Assembly: GCA_016927325.1 (NCBI GenBank)
Contig: JAFGMY010000079.1
Span: forward strand, 1-54,921
Source: Actinomycetota bacterium
GTDB taxonomy: Bacteria > Actinomycetota > Geothermincolia > Fen-727 > Anoxymicrobiaceae
Reading direction: 5' to 3'
Length of the DNA: 54,921 bases
Below, piece after piece: positions 22,026 to 32,049 of the stretch (positions are counted from its first letter, which is position 1; every line of letters begins with the position of its first letter). The notes under the pieces were generated by a model. The model was not told the DNA's origin. It did not search any database and saw only the letters and a list, made by a program, of their open reading frames with translations. Made by a program: the position numbers and the translations under genes.

Positions 22026-23414
22026 ATGAAAAGAAGAACTAAAAACCTGGTGTTCATCGGTATAGTTGTGGCGACGCTTCTTGCCCTTTACATCCCTAAA
22101 TTCGCATTAAATCTGTCCCCGAGGCTGGGACTTGATTTAAGCGGCGGGATAAGTCTTGTCTATGAAGCCCAGGGCAAGACGCTGGACCCCGGCGTGCTCG
22201 AGAAAACTGTTGAGAAGATAAGGGAAAGGGTAGATAAGCTGGGTGTCGCGGAGCCTGAAATTACAATGCAGGGGGAGAGGAATGTTATCGTGCAGATCCC
22301 CGGAATCCAGGACTCGGAGCGGGCCAAGGATATCGTAGGCAAGACCGCCCAGTTGCAGTTCCGGATCGTTGCCGAGAGCAAGCCGTACTCCGAGGTGAAA
22401 GACGACCCCGGCTGGGCGGTTACAGAGGGTGAAGAGAACCTCAGGCCCGACAAAGAGATAATCCTGAGTTATGAGACAGAGACTGAAGGCAAGAAGGAAA
22501 AACTGCTTTACAAGCTGGGCCCGACCCTCATGAGCGGTGATCTCTTGAAGGAGGCGGCGGTGGGCTATGACGAGGGGGGCGTTCCGCTGGTGAACTTCAC
22601 GCTGACCGGTGAAGGAAAGACCAAGTTCGGTGAAATTACCACTGCGAACAGCCAGAAGCAACTGGCCATAGTTCTTGACTACGAGGTGGAGTCCGCACCG
22701 AATATCAACGAGCCTATCACCGAGGGGAAGGGTGAGATAACAGGGACCTTCACGGAAAAAGAGGCCAAGGACCTTTCTATTGTGCTTAACACCGGCGCCC
22801 TTCCGGTCAACTTGAAGCTCATTACCGAGCAAAGCGTCACTGCTACACTGGGACGGGATTCGCTGAGGCAGGGACTAATCGCCGGCGTGATCGGCCTCTT
22901 GATCGTGGCCTTGTATATGATTCTTTTTTATCGCGCTCTGGGTCTGGTGACCTGTTTTGGCCTGCTCGTGTTCGGTGGTTTGATGTATGGATTCATTTGC
23001 GTTCTCGGCGAGTTCTGGAGCCTTACTCTGGCCGGAATCGCCGGCGTGATCGTATCGATAGGTATCGCCGCCGATTCGAGCGTCGTCTACTTCGAGCGGG
23101 TAAAGGAGGAGGTACGGGCGGGAAGGACCCTCAGGTCGTCGGCGGACCGCGCTTATAAGAACGCCTTCAGGACAATTATCGCGGCCGATACCGTGACATT
23201 TTCGGCGGCTGCCATACTCTACATATTCGCGGTAGGCTCGGTCAGGGGTTTTGCTTTCACCCTGGGCATGGCGACCATATTCGATGTTTTCATATCATAT
23301 CTGTTTATTCATCCGCTTACCTCCCTGCTGGCCGGACTGGAGTGGTTCGGCAGGCCCTGGATGGTTGGGGTAAGACATATTGCGGGAAGCAGGAGTGGGG
23401 GTGATGCCAAATGA
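22026..23414 (+). CDS. secD: Protein translocase subunit SecD
   Basis: LGLDLSGG, RVDKLGVAEP, GALPV, TLAGIAG, VYFERVKEE. Confidence 0.97.
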   Translation: MKRRTKNLVFIGIVVATLLALYIPKFALNLSPRLGLDLSGGISLVYEAQGKTLDPGVLEKTVEKIRERVDKLGVAEPEITMQGERNVIVQIPGIQDSERAKDIVGKTAQLQFRIVAESKPYSEVKDDPGWAVTEGEENLRPDKEIILSYETETEGKKEKLLYKLGPTLMSGDLLKEAAVGYDEGGVPLVNFTLTGEGKTKFGEITTANSQKQLAIVLDYEVESAPNINEPITEGKGEITGTFTEKEAKDLSIVLNTGALPVNLKLITEQSVTATLGRDSLRQGLIAGVIGLLIVALYMILFYRALGLVTCFGLLVFGGLMYGFICVLGEFWSLTLAGIAGVIVSIGIAADSSVVYFERVKEEVRAGRTLRSSADRAYKNAFRTIIAADTVTFSAAAILYIFAVGSVRGFAFTLGMATIFDVFISYLFIHPLTSLLAGLEWFGRPWMVGVRHIAGSRSGGDAK

Positions 23415-24583
23415 AAAACATTTTCAGCCGGCACTATTTCCAGGTTATAAAGTACAGGTACATGTGGTTAGGGTTCTCCGCGGTCATAGTCGGATTATCG
23501 ATTCTGGGTCTGCTGCTTTTCGGCCTCAATTTCGGAATCGACTTTACGGGGGGCACATCACTTGATATCCAGTGTAAAAAAGGGACGACGATTTCACAGG
23601 TCCGTGACGCCATGGGTAACGTAGGTTACGGTGACGCCAAGATACAGGCTGCACAGGACAACACTTTCATAATAAAGACTCCCAAGCTCGACGCGGAGCA
23701 GAGAAAAGAAGTGACCGAATCTCTTGAGAAAAACGCAGGGATGGTGGAGCTGCTCGGGCTCGACGATATCGGACCGGGATGGGGCGCCCAGGTAAGCAGG
23801 CAGGCGGCCATCGCCCTTGCGATATTCCTTGTCGCCATACTTATATATATAAGCGTAAGGTTTGAATTCAAGATGGCGGTTTGTGCCATAATCGCCCTTG
23901 TTCATGATGTAATAATTACTGTGGGTGTGTATGCTTTTCTGGGAAGGGAAGTCACCCCGGCTACCGTTATCGCCGTGCTGACTATCCTCGGATATTCTCT
24001 TTACGACACGATCGTTATTTTCGATCGGGTAAAGGAAGATGTGGACCAGCTGACCCGCCAGAGCAAGAAGACCTATTCCTCGAGTGTTAACGATTCAATT
24101 AATGAGACTCTCACGAGATCTCTCAATACCTCCATTACAACCTTGATCCCGATCGTATCGATTCTGTTGTTTGGAGGGGAGACCTTGAAAGCTTTCGCCT
24201 TTGCGCTTTTTGTCGGGGTCATCGCCGGTACTTATTCGAGCATTTTTATCGCGAGCCCGCTCCTGGCCATCTGGAAGGAGAGGGAGCCCAAGTATCAGGC
24301 GTACCGTGAAAGAATGCAGAAGCAGGAAGCGCGCAGGGCCAGGCTTGCCTCGGAGACGGCCGGTGGAAAATCCGAACCGGTAATAACTGAAAAAAAGAAG
24401 TTGGAGAAGACGCCCGCGGTTGTGAAAAAAGCCGTGCCCTCCGCATCGGCGGAGAAGAAGCAGGCGGCTCCCAAACCTTCGGCCGGTGCCGGGCGGAAGA
24501 AGGCGTCCGCCGGCAGGAAGACCACGGCCAAGGCGCGGACCAAGGGACCGGGAAGTGGAAAGAAGAAAAAGAAAAAGCGATGA
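23411..24583 (+). CDS. secF: Protein translocase subunit SecF with long basic C-terminal tail
   Basis: GIDFTGG, HDVII, GYSLYDTIVIFDRVKE, GTYSSIFIA. Confidence 0.97.
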   Translation: MKNIFSRHYFQVIKYRYMWLGFSAVIVGLSILGLLLFGLNFGIDFTGGTSLDIQCKKGTTISQVRDAMGNVGYGDAKIQAAQDNTFIIKTPKLDAEQRKEVTESLEKNAGMVELLGLDDIGPGWGAQVSRQAAIALAIFLVAILIYISVRFEFKMAVCAIIALVHDVIITVGVYAFLGREVTPATVIAVLTILGYSLYDTIVIFDRVKEDVDQLTRQSKKTYSSSVNDSINETLTRSLNTSITTLIPIVSILLFGGETLKAFAFALFVGVIAGTYSSIFIASPLLAIWKEREPKYQAYRERMQKQEARRARLASETAGGKSEPVITEKKKLEKTPAVVKKAVPSASAEKKQAAPKPSAGAGRKKASAGRKTTAKARTKGPGSGKKKKKKR

Positions 24584-26772
24584 CATCGAGGCCGGAGAAA
24601 GCTGAAGAGCTCTTTATAAAGACAAGGCGTTTTTTATCAAGGGGCGATCAGAGACTCATTGAGAAGGCCTATGAATTCGCCGCTCTCCATCACGGGAATC
24701 AAATGAGAAAGTCCGGGGAGCCTTATATAGAACACCCGGTATCCGTCGCCCTCGTTCTTGCGGAATTCGAACTCGATTCCGACACTCTTGCCGCCGCCTT
24801 GCTTCATGATGTCGTGGAAGACACCGATTTAACGCTGGCTGATATCCGCACTGAGTTTGGTGAGCAGATTGCCGAGATAATTGACGGCGTCACCAAGCTC
24901 GACCGGTTAAAGTACGCTTCCCGCGAAGAGCAGCAGGCGGAGAACATGCGCAAGATGCTGATTGCGGTTGCGAACGATGTCCGCGTAATCCTGATCAAGT
25001 TAGCCGACCGCCTGCACAACATGCAGACCATCGCCGCTCTGTCACCGGACAGGGCGCACGATATTTCCGAGGAAACGCTTGAGATTTACGCACCTCTGGC
25101 CCACCGTTTCGGGTTGTCGCGAATAAAGTGGCAACTCGAGGATCTCTCCTTTGAAGTGCTGTACCCAAAGCGGTATTTGCAGATAAAGAAGATGGTCGCG
25201 GAGCGAAGGGCCGAGAGGGAAAAGTACATGAACCAGGTCACCGCACTGATATCCGGGCAGTTAAAGAAAGACAAGATCAAGGCCGAGATATCCGGCCGTG
25301 TAAAGCACTTCTACAGCATATACGAAAAAATGGTAAACAGGGGTGTTGAGTTTGACGAGATAATGGACCTCTCCGCAGTGAGGATAATTGTGGACAATGT
25401 ACGCGACTGTTACGCGACGCTGGGCGTGATCCACTCGATGTGGAAGCCGGTGCCCGGCCGGTTCAAGGACTACATCGCGATGCCCAAGATGAACATGTAC
25501 CAGAGTCTCCATACCGTCGTAATCAGTCTCGAGGGAAGACCTCTCGAGATCCAGATCAGGACCCGCGAGATGCATCAGACTGCCGAGTACGGTATCGCGT
25601 CACACTGGTTATACAAGGAAGTGAGCCGCAGGGAAGGCAGCGGAAAAACCTGGCTGAAGCAAATGATGGAATGGCAGAAAGAGATGAAGGACCCCGGCGA
25701 GTTCTTAAAAACCCTGAAGGTCGATCTTTTCCGCGACGAGGTCTTTATATTTACGCCAAAAGGCGACCTGATATCCCTGCCGAGAGGGTCTACACCGATA
25801 GACTTTGCTTACCACATCCATACCGAAGTGGGCCACAGGTGTGTAGGCGCGAAAATAAACACCAAGATGGTTCCCCTTTCATACCAGCTGGAAAACGGCG
25901 ACATCGTTGAAATTATGACATCAAAGACGGCTACGGGGCCGAGCAGGGACTGGATCAATATTGTTGAGACTTCGAGGGCGAAGAACAAGATAAGGCAATG
26001 GTTCAGCAAGGAGAGGCGTGAGGACGAGAAGCAGGAGGGTAAAGAGGCACTCGATCGCGCCATGAGAAAGCAGGGACTGCCGCTCCAGCGAAAAGAGGTG
26101 GGAAGAATTCTCGCGCAGGTAGCTGAAGACTACAACTTTGACAAAGTGGAAGACCTTCACCGGAACATCGGCGCGGGACACTATTCCGCTACCCAGGTCG
26201 CAAACAAGGTCGCCCAGTATCTGGGGAAGCAGAAGCAGGAGATCGTTCCCGAGATTGAAGCTGAAGCCTTTAGAAGGGAACCCGCTCTTCCTGCGGAACA
26301 GATCCGGCAGAGAATAAGGGTCCACGGGATTGAAAACGCCCTGGTGACATTGGCAAGATGCTGCTCTCCGGCTCCGGGCGATCCGATCGTGGGGTTTGTC
26401 ACCCGGGGGCGGGGGGTGTCGGTCCACCGGGAGGGCTGTACGAACGTTAAGGACTTTTCGAGAGAAGTCGACCGGATGATTGATGTTTCATGGGAGGAGC
26501 CCAGGCGGGCTCTGCGTACGGTTGAAATCTGTGTCAAGGCGATTGATCGTCCAAAGCTGGTGCGTGATATAACAACCGTTTTGGGCGATATGCATGTAAA
26601 TATCCTGTCCGCGTCTCTGCGAATTGATGATAAGCATATCGCGACCAGTAATTACGTTTTCGAGATTGGAAGCGATATGCATCTCGAGGAAATCGAAAAG
26701 AATATCAAGAAAGTGGAATTGGTGTACGACGTGGAAGAAGTCGTCACCGGTGCCGACGCGAAATCCAGTTAG
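24580..26772 (+). CDS. rel: Bifunctional (p)ppGpp synthetase/hydrolase Rel
   Basis: Intact HD motif (LLHDVVED), synthetase RFKDYI and YQSLHT, TGS, CC zinc finger, ACT. Confidence 0.97.
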   Translation: MTSRPEKAEELFIKTRRFLSRGDQRLIEKAYEFAALHHGNQMRKSGEPYIEHPVSVALVLAEFELDSDTLAAALLHDVVEDTDLTLADIRTEFGEQIAEIIDGVTKLDRLKYASREEQQAENMRKMLIAVANDVRVILIKLADRLHNMQTIAALSPDRAHDISEETLEIYAPLAHRFGLSRIKWQLEDLSFEVLYPKRYLQIKKMVAERRAEREKYMNQVTALISGQLKKDKIKAEISGRVKHFYSIYEKMVNRGVEFDEIMDLSAVRIIVDNVRDCYATLGVIHSMWKPVPGRFKDYIAMPKMNMYQSLHTVVISLEGRPLEIQIRTREMHQTAEYGIASHWLYKEVSRREGSGKTWLKQMMEWQKEMKDPGEFLKTLKVDLFRDEVFIFTPKGDLISLPRGSTPIDFAYHIHTEVGHRCVGAKINTKMVPLSYQLENGDIVEIMTSKTATGPSRDWINIVETSRAKNKIRQWFSKERREDEKQEGKEALDRAMRKQGLPLQRKEVGRILAQVAEDYNFDKVEDLHRNIGAGHYSATQVANKVAQYLGKQKQEIVPEIEAEAFRREPALPAEQIRQRIRVHGIENALVTLARCCSPAPGDPIVGFVTRGRGVSVHREGCTNVKDFSREVDRMIDVSWEEPRRALRTVEICVKAIDRPKLVRDITTVLGDMHVNILSASLRIDDKHIATSNYVFEIGSDMHLEEIEKNIKKVELVYDVEEVVTGADAKSS

Positions 26773-26785
26773 GGGGAGCACAAGC

Positions 26786-27223
26786 ATCCGCGCTGTCGTC
26801 CAAAGAGTAAAACGGTGTTCGGTTCTCATAGACGGGTCTGAATACTCCTGCATCACCGAAGGTCTCCTGGTGCTTATTGGTGTCGCAAAAGGGGATACCG
26901 AAAAAGAAGCGGAGTACATCGCCGAAAAAATAGTCAACCTGAGAGTATTCCCTGACGACCGGGACAAGATGAACCTGTCTGTTTGTGAAACGGGCGGGAG
27001 CGTGATGGTTGTCAGCCAGTTTACATTACTGGGGGAGTGCCGCAAGGGCAGGCGCCCTTCTTACGCGTATGCGGAGGAGCCCGGCCGGGCGCGTGAGCTT
27101 TATGAGCGGGTGGTGGAGATGCTCAAGACCGGTGGAGCGAGAGTCGAAACCGGTATTTTCGGTGAAATGATGGACATCATGCTTGTCAACCGGGGACCGG
27201 TTACTCTTGTTATCGATACTTGA
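26786..27223 (+). CDS. dtd: D-aminoacyl-tRNA deacylase (apparent ATC start)
   Basis: (I)RAVVQRV, VSQFTL, KGRRPS, NRGPVT; GGGGGAG SD precedes ATC at 26786. Confidence 0.9.
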   Translation: MRAVVQRVKRCSVLIDGSEYSCITEGLLVLIGVAKGDTEKEAEYIAEKIVNLRVFPDDRDKMNLSVCETGGSVMVVSQFTLLGECRKGRRPSYAYAEEPGRARELYERVVEMLKTGGARVETGIFGEMMDIMLVNRGPVTLVIDT

Positions 27224-27435
27224 GGTTCAGGTTGCTGGAAGACGGTCAAGGCTGGAAGAGCTTACGATCTCCAGCTTGATCGCGTGCCGTTTCCGGTGAT
27301 CTTGCGTGAACCGGCGGCGCGTTCCTTGTCCAATAAAATCCTGTCAAATGTTATTATCTTCTGAATGGAGATTTAGATTGTGTAAGGTTGCCTGAGATCA
27401 GGTCGGGAGCCGAGTACAAAGCGAAAGGTTGGAGT

Positions 27436-28074
27436 TTGGGAAATTTAACAGTCGAACAGATATCTGTTGGCCTGCTCGATACGAACTGCTACATATTGAT
27501 GGATGAAGATGTGACGGAAGGTTATATCATCGATCCGGGCGGCCAGGCGGGAAGAATAGTCCAGCATGCGGAATCTCTAAAACTCAAGTGCCTGGGCATA
27601 CTGTGCACCCACGGGCACTTCGATCACATTGGCGCGGTGGGCAAGGTGGCTGAACTGCTGGAAGCGCCGGTAATGATTTCGAAAAACGATGCCGGGTATC
27701 TGGACGGATCAATGAAAAGGATAGGCATCAAGATGAGCTCTTTCATCGCCCGGAACCCGTCGAGCATTGACAGGGTAGGCGGCGGGGATGAAGTCGCGTT
27801 CGGGGATTACAGGGCTAGAGTGTTGGATACACCGGGGCACACACCGGGTTCGATCAGTTTTCTTTGCGAAAACAATCTCTTCTGTGGAGACCTGATATTC
27901 AAGGGGTCTGTGGGCCGCACCGATTTGAAAGGAAGCTCCACCGAAGATCTCCTCGAATCAATCAGGCGGGAAGTGTTGTCCCTGCCGGACGATTATAGAA
28001 TCTGGCCCGGCCACGGGCCGGCCACGACCGTTGGAAAGGAGAGAAGGTCTAATCCCTATCTCGAAAATCTATAA
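27436..28074 (+). CDS. MBL-fold metallo-hydrolase (glyoxalase II-like)
   Basis: THGHFDH, TPGHTPG, GDLIF, PGHG; usual neighbour of hisS; start uncertain (27388 or 27436). Confidence 0.9.
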   Translation: MGNLTVEQISVGLLDTNCYILMDEDVTEGYIIDPGGQAGRIVQHAESLKLKCLGILCTHGHFDHIGAVGKVAELLEAPVMISKNDAGYLDGSMKRIGIKMSSFIARNPSSIDRVGGGDEVAFGDYRARVLDTPGHTPGSISFLCENNLFCGDLIFKGSVGRTDLKGSSTEDLLESIRREVLSLPDDYRIWPGHGPATTVGKERRSNPYLENL

Positions 28075-28089
28075 ACATGGAGTTGACAG

Positions 28090-29364
28090 TTGGATCCTAA
28101 ATACAGCGCCCCGAGAGGCACCGCAGATTTAACTTATCCGGAGTCTGAGAAGACCAGGCAGTTGTTATCGTATGCACGGGAAGTTTTTGAGCAATACGGT
28201 TATCAACTGATCAGCACTCCGGTTCTCGAGAGCACCGATCTCTTCGTGAGAAGCATCGGTGAGAACACTGATATTGTCAATAAGGAGATGTACACTTTCG
28301 AGGACCAGGGCGGACAAATGCTTACCTTGCGTCCGGAGGGCACGGCGCCGGTAATCAGGGCGTATCTCGAGCGTGGCCTTCAGTCACGCGGGCTTCCCCA
28401 GAAACTCTATTACTACGGACCCATGTTCAGAAGGGAGAGGCCGCAAGCCGGAAGGTACAGGCAGTTCAGCCAGGCGGGCGCGGAGTTAATCGGCAGCATG
28501 GATCCCATGGCGGACACTGAAATTATCTCCATGTCGGCGGATCTCTTCCGCAAGTTGAAGCTGAAGAACTATGTTTTAAGAATCAACAGTGTGGGGTGCC
28601 GGGAGTGCAGGAAAGAGTATATTGCCGATTTAAAGGCGAAGCTTGACGGGATGGTCCCGGATTTGTGTGAACAGTGCAGAAAAAGGTCAAGCGGCAACCC
28701 CATGCGTGTCTTTGACTGCAAGAACGAGAACTGCGTGACAGTCCTTGAAGACGCGCCGGTGATAAGCGCTTACCTGTGCGAGCATTGCATTGAACATTAC
28801 CATACCGTACTTCTGGGTCTCGAAATACTCGGAATTGATTACTTCAAGGACGACCGGCTTGTAAGGGGGCTTGATTATTACACCAGGACCGCCTTCGAGT
28901 TTCAGTTTGAGGGTCTTGGTGCGCAGAACACCGTTTCCGCAGGCGGCCGCTACGATCACCTGGTGGAAGAACTGGGTGGAACACCGACCGGCGGCGTCGG
29001 CTTCAGCCTGGGGGTGGAAAGAGTGCTGCTTGCGGTCGAAGCCGAGGAAGCAGAGCCGTTTGAGCTGCGAGGGGTGGAAGTTTTTGTGGCCGGTATCGAT
29101 ATCCCGGGAGTTGAGATATTAAAAGCGCTTCAGGTAATCAGGGACGCGGGTATCTCCGCCGATACCGATCTCATGGACAGGAGCCTGAAGGCCCAGATGA
29201 AACACGCGAACCGTGTCGGCGCGAGGTTTGTGGTAATTGCCGGCGGAGAAGAGCACCAGAGAGGCGAGGTTACCCTGAGAGACCTCGAAGAGTCCGAGCA
29301 GTGGACTCTTGAAATCAAAGAAGCCCTGTCGCTTATCAAGGAGAAGAAGGAGCGCGGTCTGTGA
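28090..29364 (+). CDS. hisS: Histidine--tRNA ligase
   Basis: LRPEGTA, RERPQAGRYRQF, LVRGLDYY, GGRYD. Confidence 0.98.
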   Translation: MDPKYSAPRGTADLTYPESEKTRQLLSYAREVFEQYGYQLISTPVLESTDLFVRSIGENTDIVNKEMYTFEDQGGQMLTLRPEGTAPVIRAYLERGLQSRGLPQKLYYYGPMFRRERPQAGRYRQFSQAGAELIGSMDPMADTEIISMSADLFRKLKLKNYVLRINSVGCRECRKEYIADLKAKLDGMVPDLCEQCRKRSSGNPMRVFDCKNENCVTVLEDAPVISAYLCEHCIEHYHTVLLGLEILGIDYFKDDRLVRGLDYYTRTAFEFQFEGLGAQNTVSAGGRYDHLVEELGGTPTGGVGFSLGVERVLLAVEAEEAEPFELRGVEVFVAGIDIPGVEILKALQVIRDAGISADTDLMDRSLKAQMKHANRVGARFVVIAGGEEHQRGEVTLRDLEESEQWTLEIKEALSLIKEKKERGL

Positions 29365-31166
29365 GCAATAACAATAATGGCGAAAAGCCGGTTCTTGGAT
29401 TCAGGTTGAAGAGGTCGGCCGGTTGCGGGAGCCCCGAGGCTTCATTCGACGGTAAAGAGATCACCGTGAACGGGTGGGTCGCGAGGCGGCGCGATCACGG
29501 TGGTTTGATATTTATCGATCTCCGTGACGACTCAGGAACAGTCCAGGCGGTTTTCGATCCCCGGGAGTCCGAACAGTCCCATTCCCTTGCCGAGGGAGTA
29601 AGGCCGGAGTTCGTGCTTGCGGTAAAGGGAAAAGTGAGGATGCGTCCCGACGGGACGGTTAATCCCTCGATGAAGACCGGCGAAGTTGAAATACTGGTAG
29701 TGGAAGCGGAGGTGCTCAACAGCTCTCTTACACCGCCTTTCGAGATCAAGCCGGACATCAATGTTGATGAAAAGCTCAGGCTGCAGTACAGGTATCTCGA
29801 TTTGAGAAGGGACGATTTGCATGAATGCGTCCGGTTGAGGCACAGGATTTCTTCCTCCGCCAGAAGATATCTCGAAGACCGTGGGTTTATTGAAATAGAA
29901 ACACCGCAGTTGACGAAGAGCACTCCGGAGGGCGCGAGGGATTATCTCGTGCCGAGCCGTGTTCAACCGGGTTGCTTTTATGCGCTTCCTCAGTCGCCGC
30001 AGCTTTTCAAGCAGACGCTTATGATCTCGGGGTTTGACCGATACTACCAGATCGCCAGGTGTTTCCGGGACGAGGACTTGAGGGCTGACAGGCAGCCCGA
30101 GTTCACCCAGATCGACCTGGAGATGGCTTTTGTGGACGAGAGCGATGTCATGGCTGTAACGGACGGCATCGTCGCTTCGGCTTTTCAGGCGGCCGGAAAA
30201 GTCATGAAGACACCTGTGCCCCGGATGTCTTACCGTGAGGCAATGGAGCTCTACGGGACAGACAGGCCGGATCTTCGATTCGGACTCAGGATGTCCACCC
30301 TCGATGATGTTTTCAGGGAAACCGGTTTTAAAGTGTTTGCGGGGACACTCAAAAAAGGGGGCAGTATCAGGGGAATGAAAATTGAACAGGGAGCCGGCAT
30401 GTCCCGCTCAGACCTTGATTCGTGGACTAAAAGGGCACAGGAACTTGGTGCTTCCGGCCTCGTCTGGTTTGTGCTTGGCGACGAGGGTTTCCGTTCTCCG
30501 GTGACCAAGTTCCTGTCTGAAGATGAGTTAGCGGACATGAAGTCCGCGCTGGGCCTTGAAAAAGGAGACGCCGCGTTCATTGTGGCCGGCGACCGGGCCG
30601 GGTGCGATGACGTCCTCCATACACTCAGAGGTGAGGTCGCCCGCAAGCTGGGCGCTGTGGATGAGGGTGATTTCCGCTTCGTGTGGATTGTCGGGTTTCC
30701 CCTGTTGGAGTTCGACAGGCTGGAGGGACGTTACAAGTCGCTTCACCACCCGTTCACGAGTCCCACCGAGGAATCGTTTGAGATGCTCGAACACGCACCC
30801 CTTGAAGCTGAAGCGAGGGCTTACGATATCGTTATCAATGGAATTGAGATGGGTGGCGGGTCGATCAGAATACACCGCCGTGAGGTCCAGGAAAGAATGT
30901 TCAAGATGCTGGGCATGTCACCCGATGAGTATGAAGCGAAGTTCGGTTTTCTCCTGGAGGCCCTCGAATACGGCGCACCGCCGCACGGCGGCCTGGCCCT
31001 CGGGCTGGACAGGCTTGTCATGCTGCTGGCTGGCCGTGACTCGATCAGGGACACCATAGCTTTCCCCAAGACACAGTCGGCGAGCTGCCTTCTGACCGGC
31101 GCCCCCGATTCGGTGAGCGGTGCACAGCTGAAGGATCTTGGCCTCAAGACATCGTTTGACAGCTAG
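29361..31166 (+). CDS. aspS: Aspartate--tRNA ligase, probably non-discriminating (Asp/Asn)
   Basis: RRRDHGG, PEGARD, PQSPQLFKQ, FRDEDLRADRQPEF, HHPFT, GAPPHGG. Confidence 0.97.
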   Translation: MSNNNNGEKPVLGFRLKRSAGCGSPEASFDGKEITVNGWVARRRDHGGLIFIDLRDDSGTVQAVFDPRESEQSHSLAEGVRPEFVLAVKGKVRMRPDGTVNPSMKTGEVEILVVEAEVLNSSLTPPFEIKPDINVDEKLRLQYRYLDLRRDDLHECVRLRHRISSSARRYLEDRGFIEIETPQLTKSTPEGARDYLVPSRVQPGCFYALPQSPQLFKQTLMISGFDRYYQIARCFRDEDLRADRQPEFTQIDLEMAFVDESDVMAVTDGIVASAFQAAGKVMKTPVPRMSYREAMELYGTDRPDLRFGLRMSTLDDVFRETGFKVFAGTLKKGGSIRGMKIEQGAGMSRSDLDSWTKRAQELGASGLVWFVLGDEGFRSPVTKFLSEDELADMKSALGLEKGDAAFIVAGDRAGCDDVLHTLRGEVARKLGAVDEGDFRFVWIVGFPLLEFDRLEGRYKSLHHPFTSPTEESFEMLEHAPLEAEARAYDIVINGIEMGGGSIRIHRREVQERMFKMLGMSPDEYEAKFGFLLEALEYGAPPHGGLALGLDRLVMLLAGRDSIRDTIAFPKTQSASCLLTGAPDSVSGAQLKDLGLKTSFDS

Positions 31167-31308
31167 AAGCAATCCACTATCGCTGTTTTGCCCGGCTCTC
31201 TCAGGGCCGGGATTGCCGAACAACGCGATTCGTCGCAAACCGCGGGGCTTGAAAGATCCCTCCTCAAGATGCTTGGTTCTTCTTCCGGGTCCGGGAATAA
31301 CACGTCAT

Positions 31309-31342
31309 AAAAAAAGAAGGCCCGGTTTGGAACCGGGCCTTC
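31309..31342 (-). terminator. Rho-independent terminator of acs-satP
   Basis: 12-bp stem GAAGGCCCGGTT/AACCGGGCCTTC followed on the minus strand by T7. Confidence 0.88.
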
Positions 31343-31365
31343 GTACAACTCTCAGGTTTGTTTTC

Positions 31366-31983
31366 CTACAGGTCCTCGGGATGCTTGTATTCCACAGCCA
31401 TCGGGCCGATAGGAAGTATGACTTTGCCGTACATTTCATTCAGCAGTTCGGCGATGGCTAGATAGATCGCCGTGAACGCGGTGATAATTCCCACGACACC
31501 GGCTGCCGTCTGCAACGCAGATGAATCGAGCCAGAAATGAAACGCCAGAATGAAAAACAGTATTGTCAAGCACAGGAATACCGCCTGAAGAGCTCTGTTC
31601 ACCTTAAGTGTTCCAATGAACATCAGCCCGGTGAACAAGCCCCAGACAGCCATATACCAACCGAGTCCGGTGGTGCTTGTCGCTATGCCGGGCGCACCTT
31701 CACTGAGATACGGACCGACGACCAGCACGAATACAAGAGTGAGCCAGAACGCTCCGTAAGCGGTGAATGCCGTCGTTCCGAAAGTATTGCCTTTCTTGTA
31801 CTCGAGCACACCCGCGATAATCTGAGCTGACCCACCGAAAAACAGACCCATTGCCAGTATGGTGTTATCCATGCCGAAAAGTCCTACGTTGTGAAGGTTT
31901 AACAGCAGTGTGGTTAGACCAAAAGCCATTAAACCCAGCACAGCCGGGTTTGCCAGCTTGCCGTTTGTACTGTCCTCCGCCAT
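31366..31983 (-). CDS. satP: Acetate uptake transporter (GPR1/FUN34/SatP family)
   Basis: LANPAVLGLMAFGLTT, GGSAQ, NTFGTTAFTAYGAFW. Confidence 0.93.
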   Translation of the reverse strand: MAEDSTNGKLANPAVLGLMAFGLTTLLLNLHNVGLFGMDNTILAMGLFFGGSAQIIAGVLEYKKGNTFGTTAFTAYGAFWLTLVFVLVVGPYLSEGAPGIATSTTGLGWYMAVWGLFTGLMFIGTLKVNRALQAVFLCLTILFFILAFHFWLDSSALQTAAGVVGIITAFTAIYLAIAELLNEMYGKVILPIGPMAVEYKHPEDL

Positions 31984-32049
31984 TAGTAATTTGTCTCCTT
32001 TCTATTGGTTAATTAAAATATGACAGAACACTGAATAAAAATGCTTCTA

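Noticed and set aside
26624-26785. 54-aa N-terminal extension of Dtd from ATG 26624
   Set aside because: Overlaps the rel ACT domain by about 150 nt with unrelated sequence; homology and SD point to 26786
31167-31308. 6S RNA directly after aspS as in Bacillus
   Set aside because: Only a hairpin of about 50 nt is visible; too short and lacking the central bubble architecture
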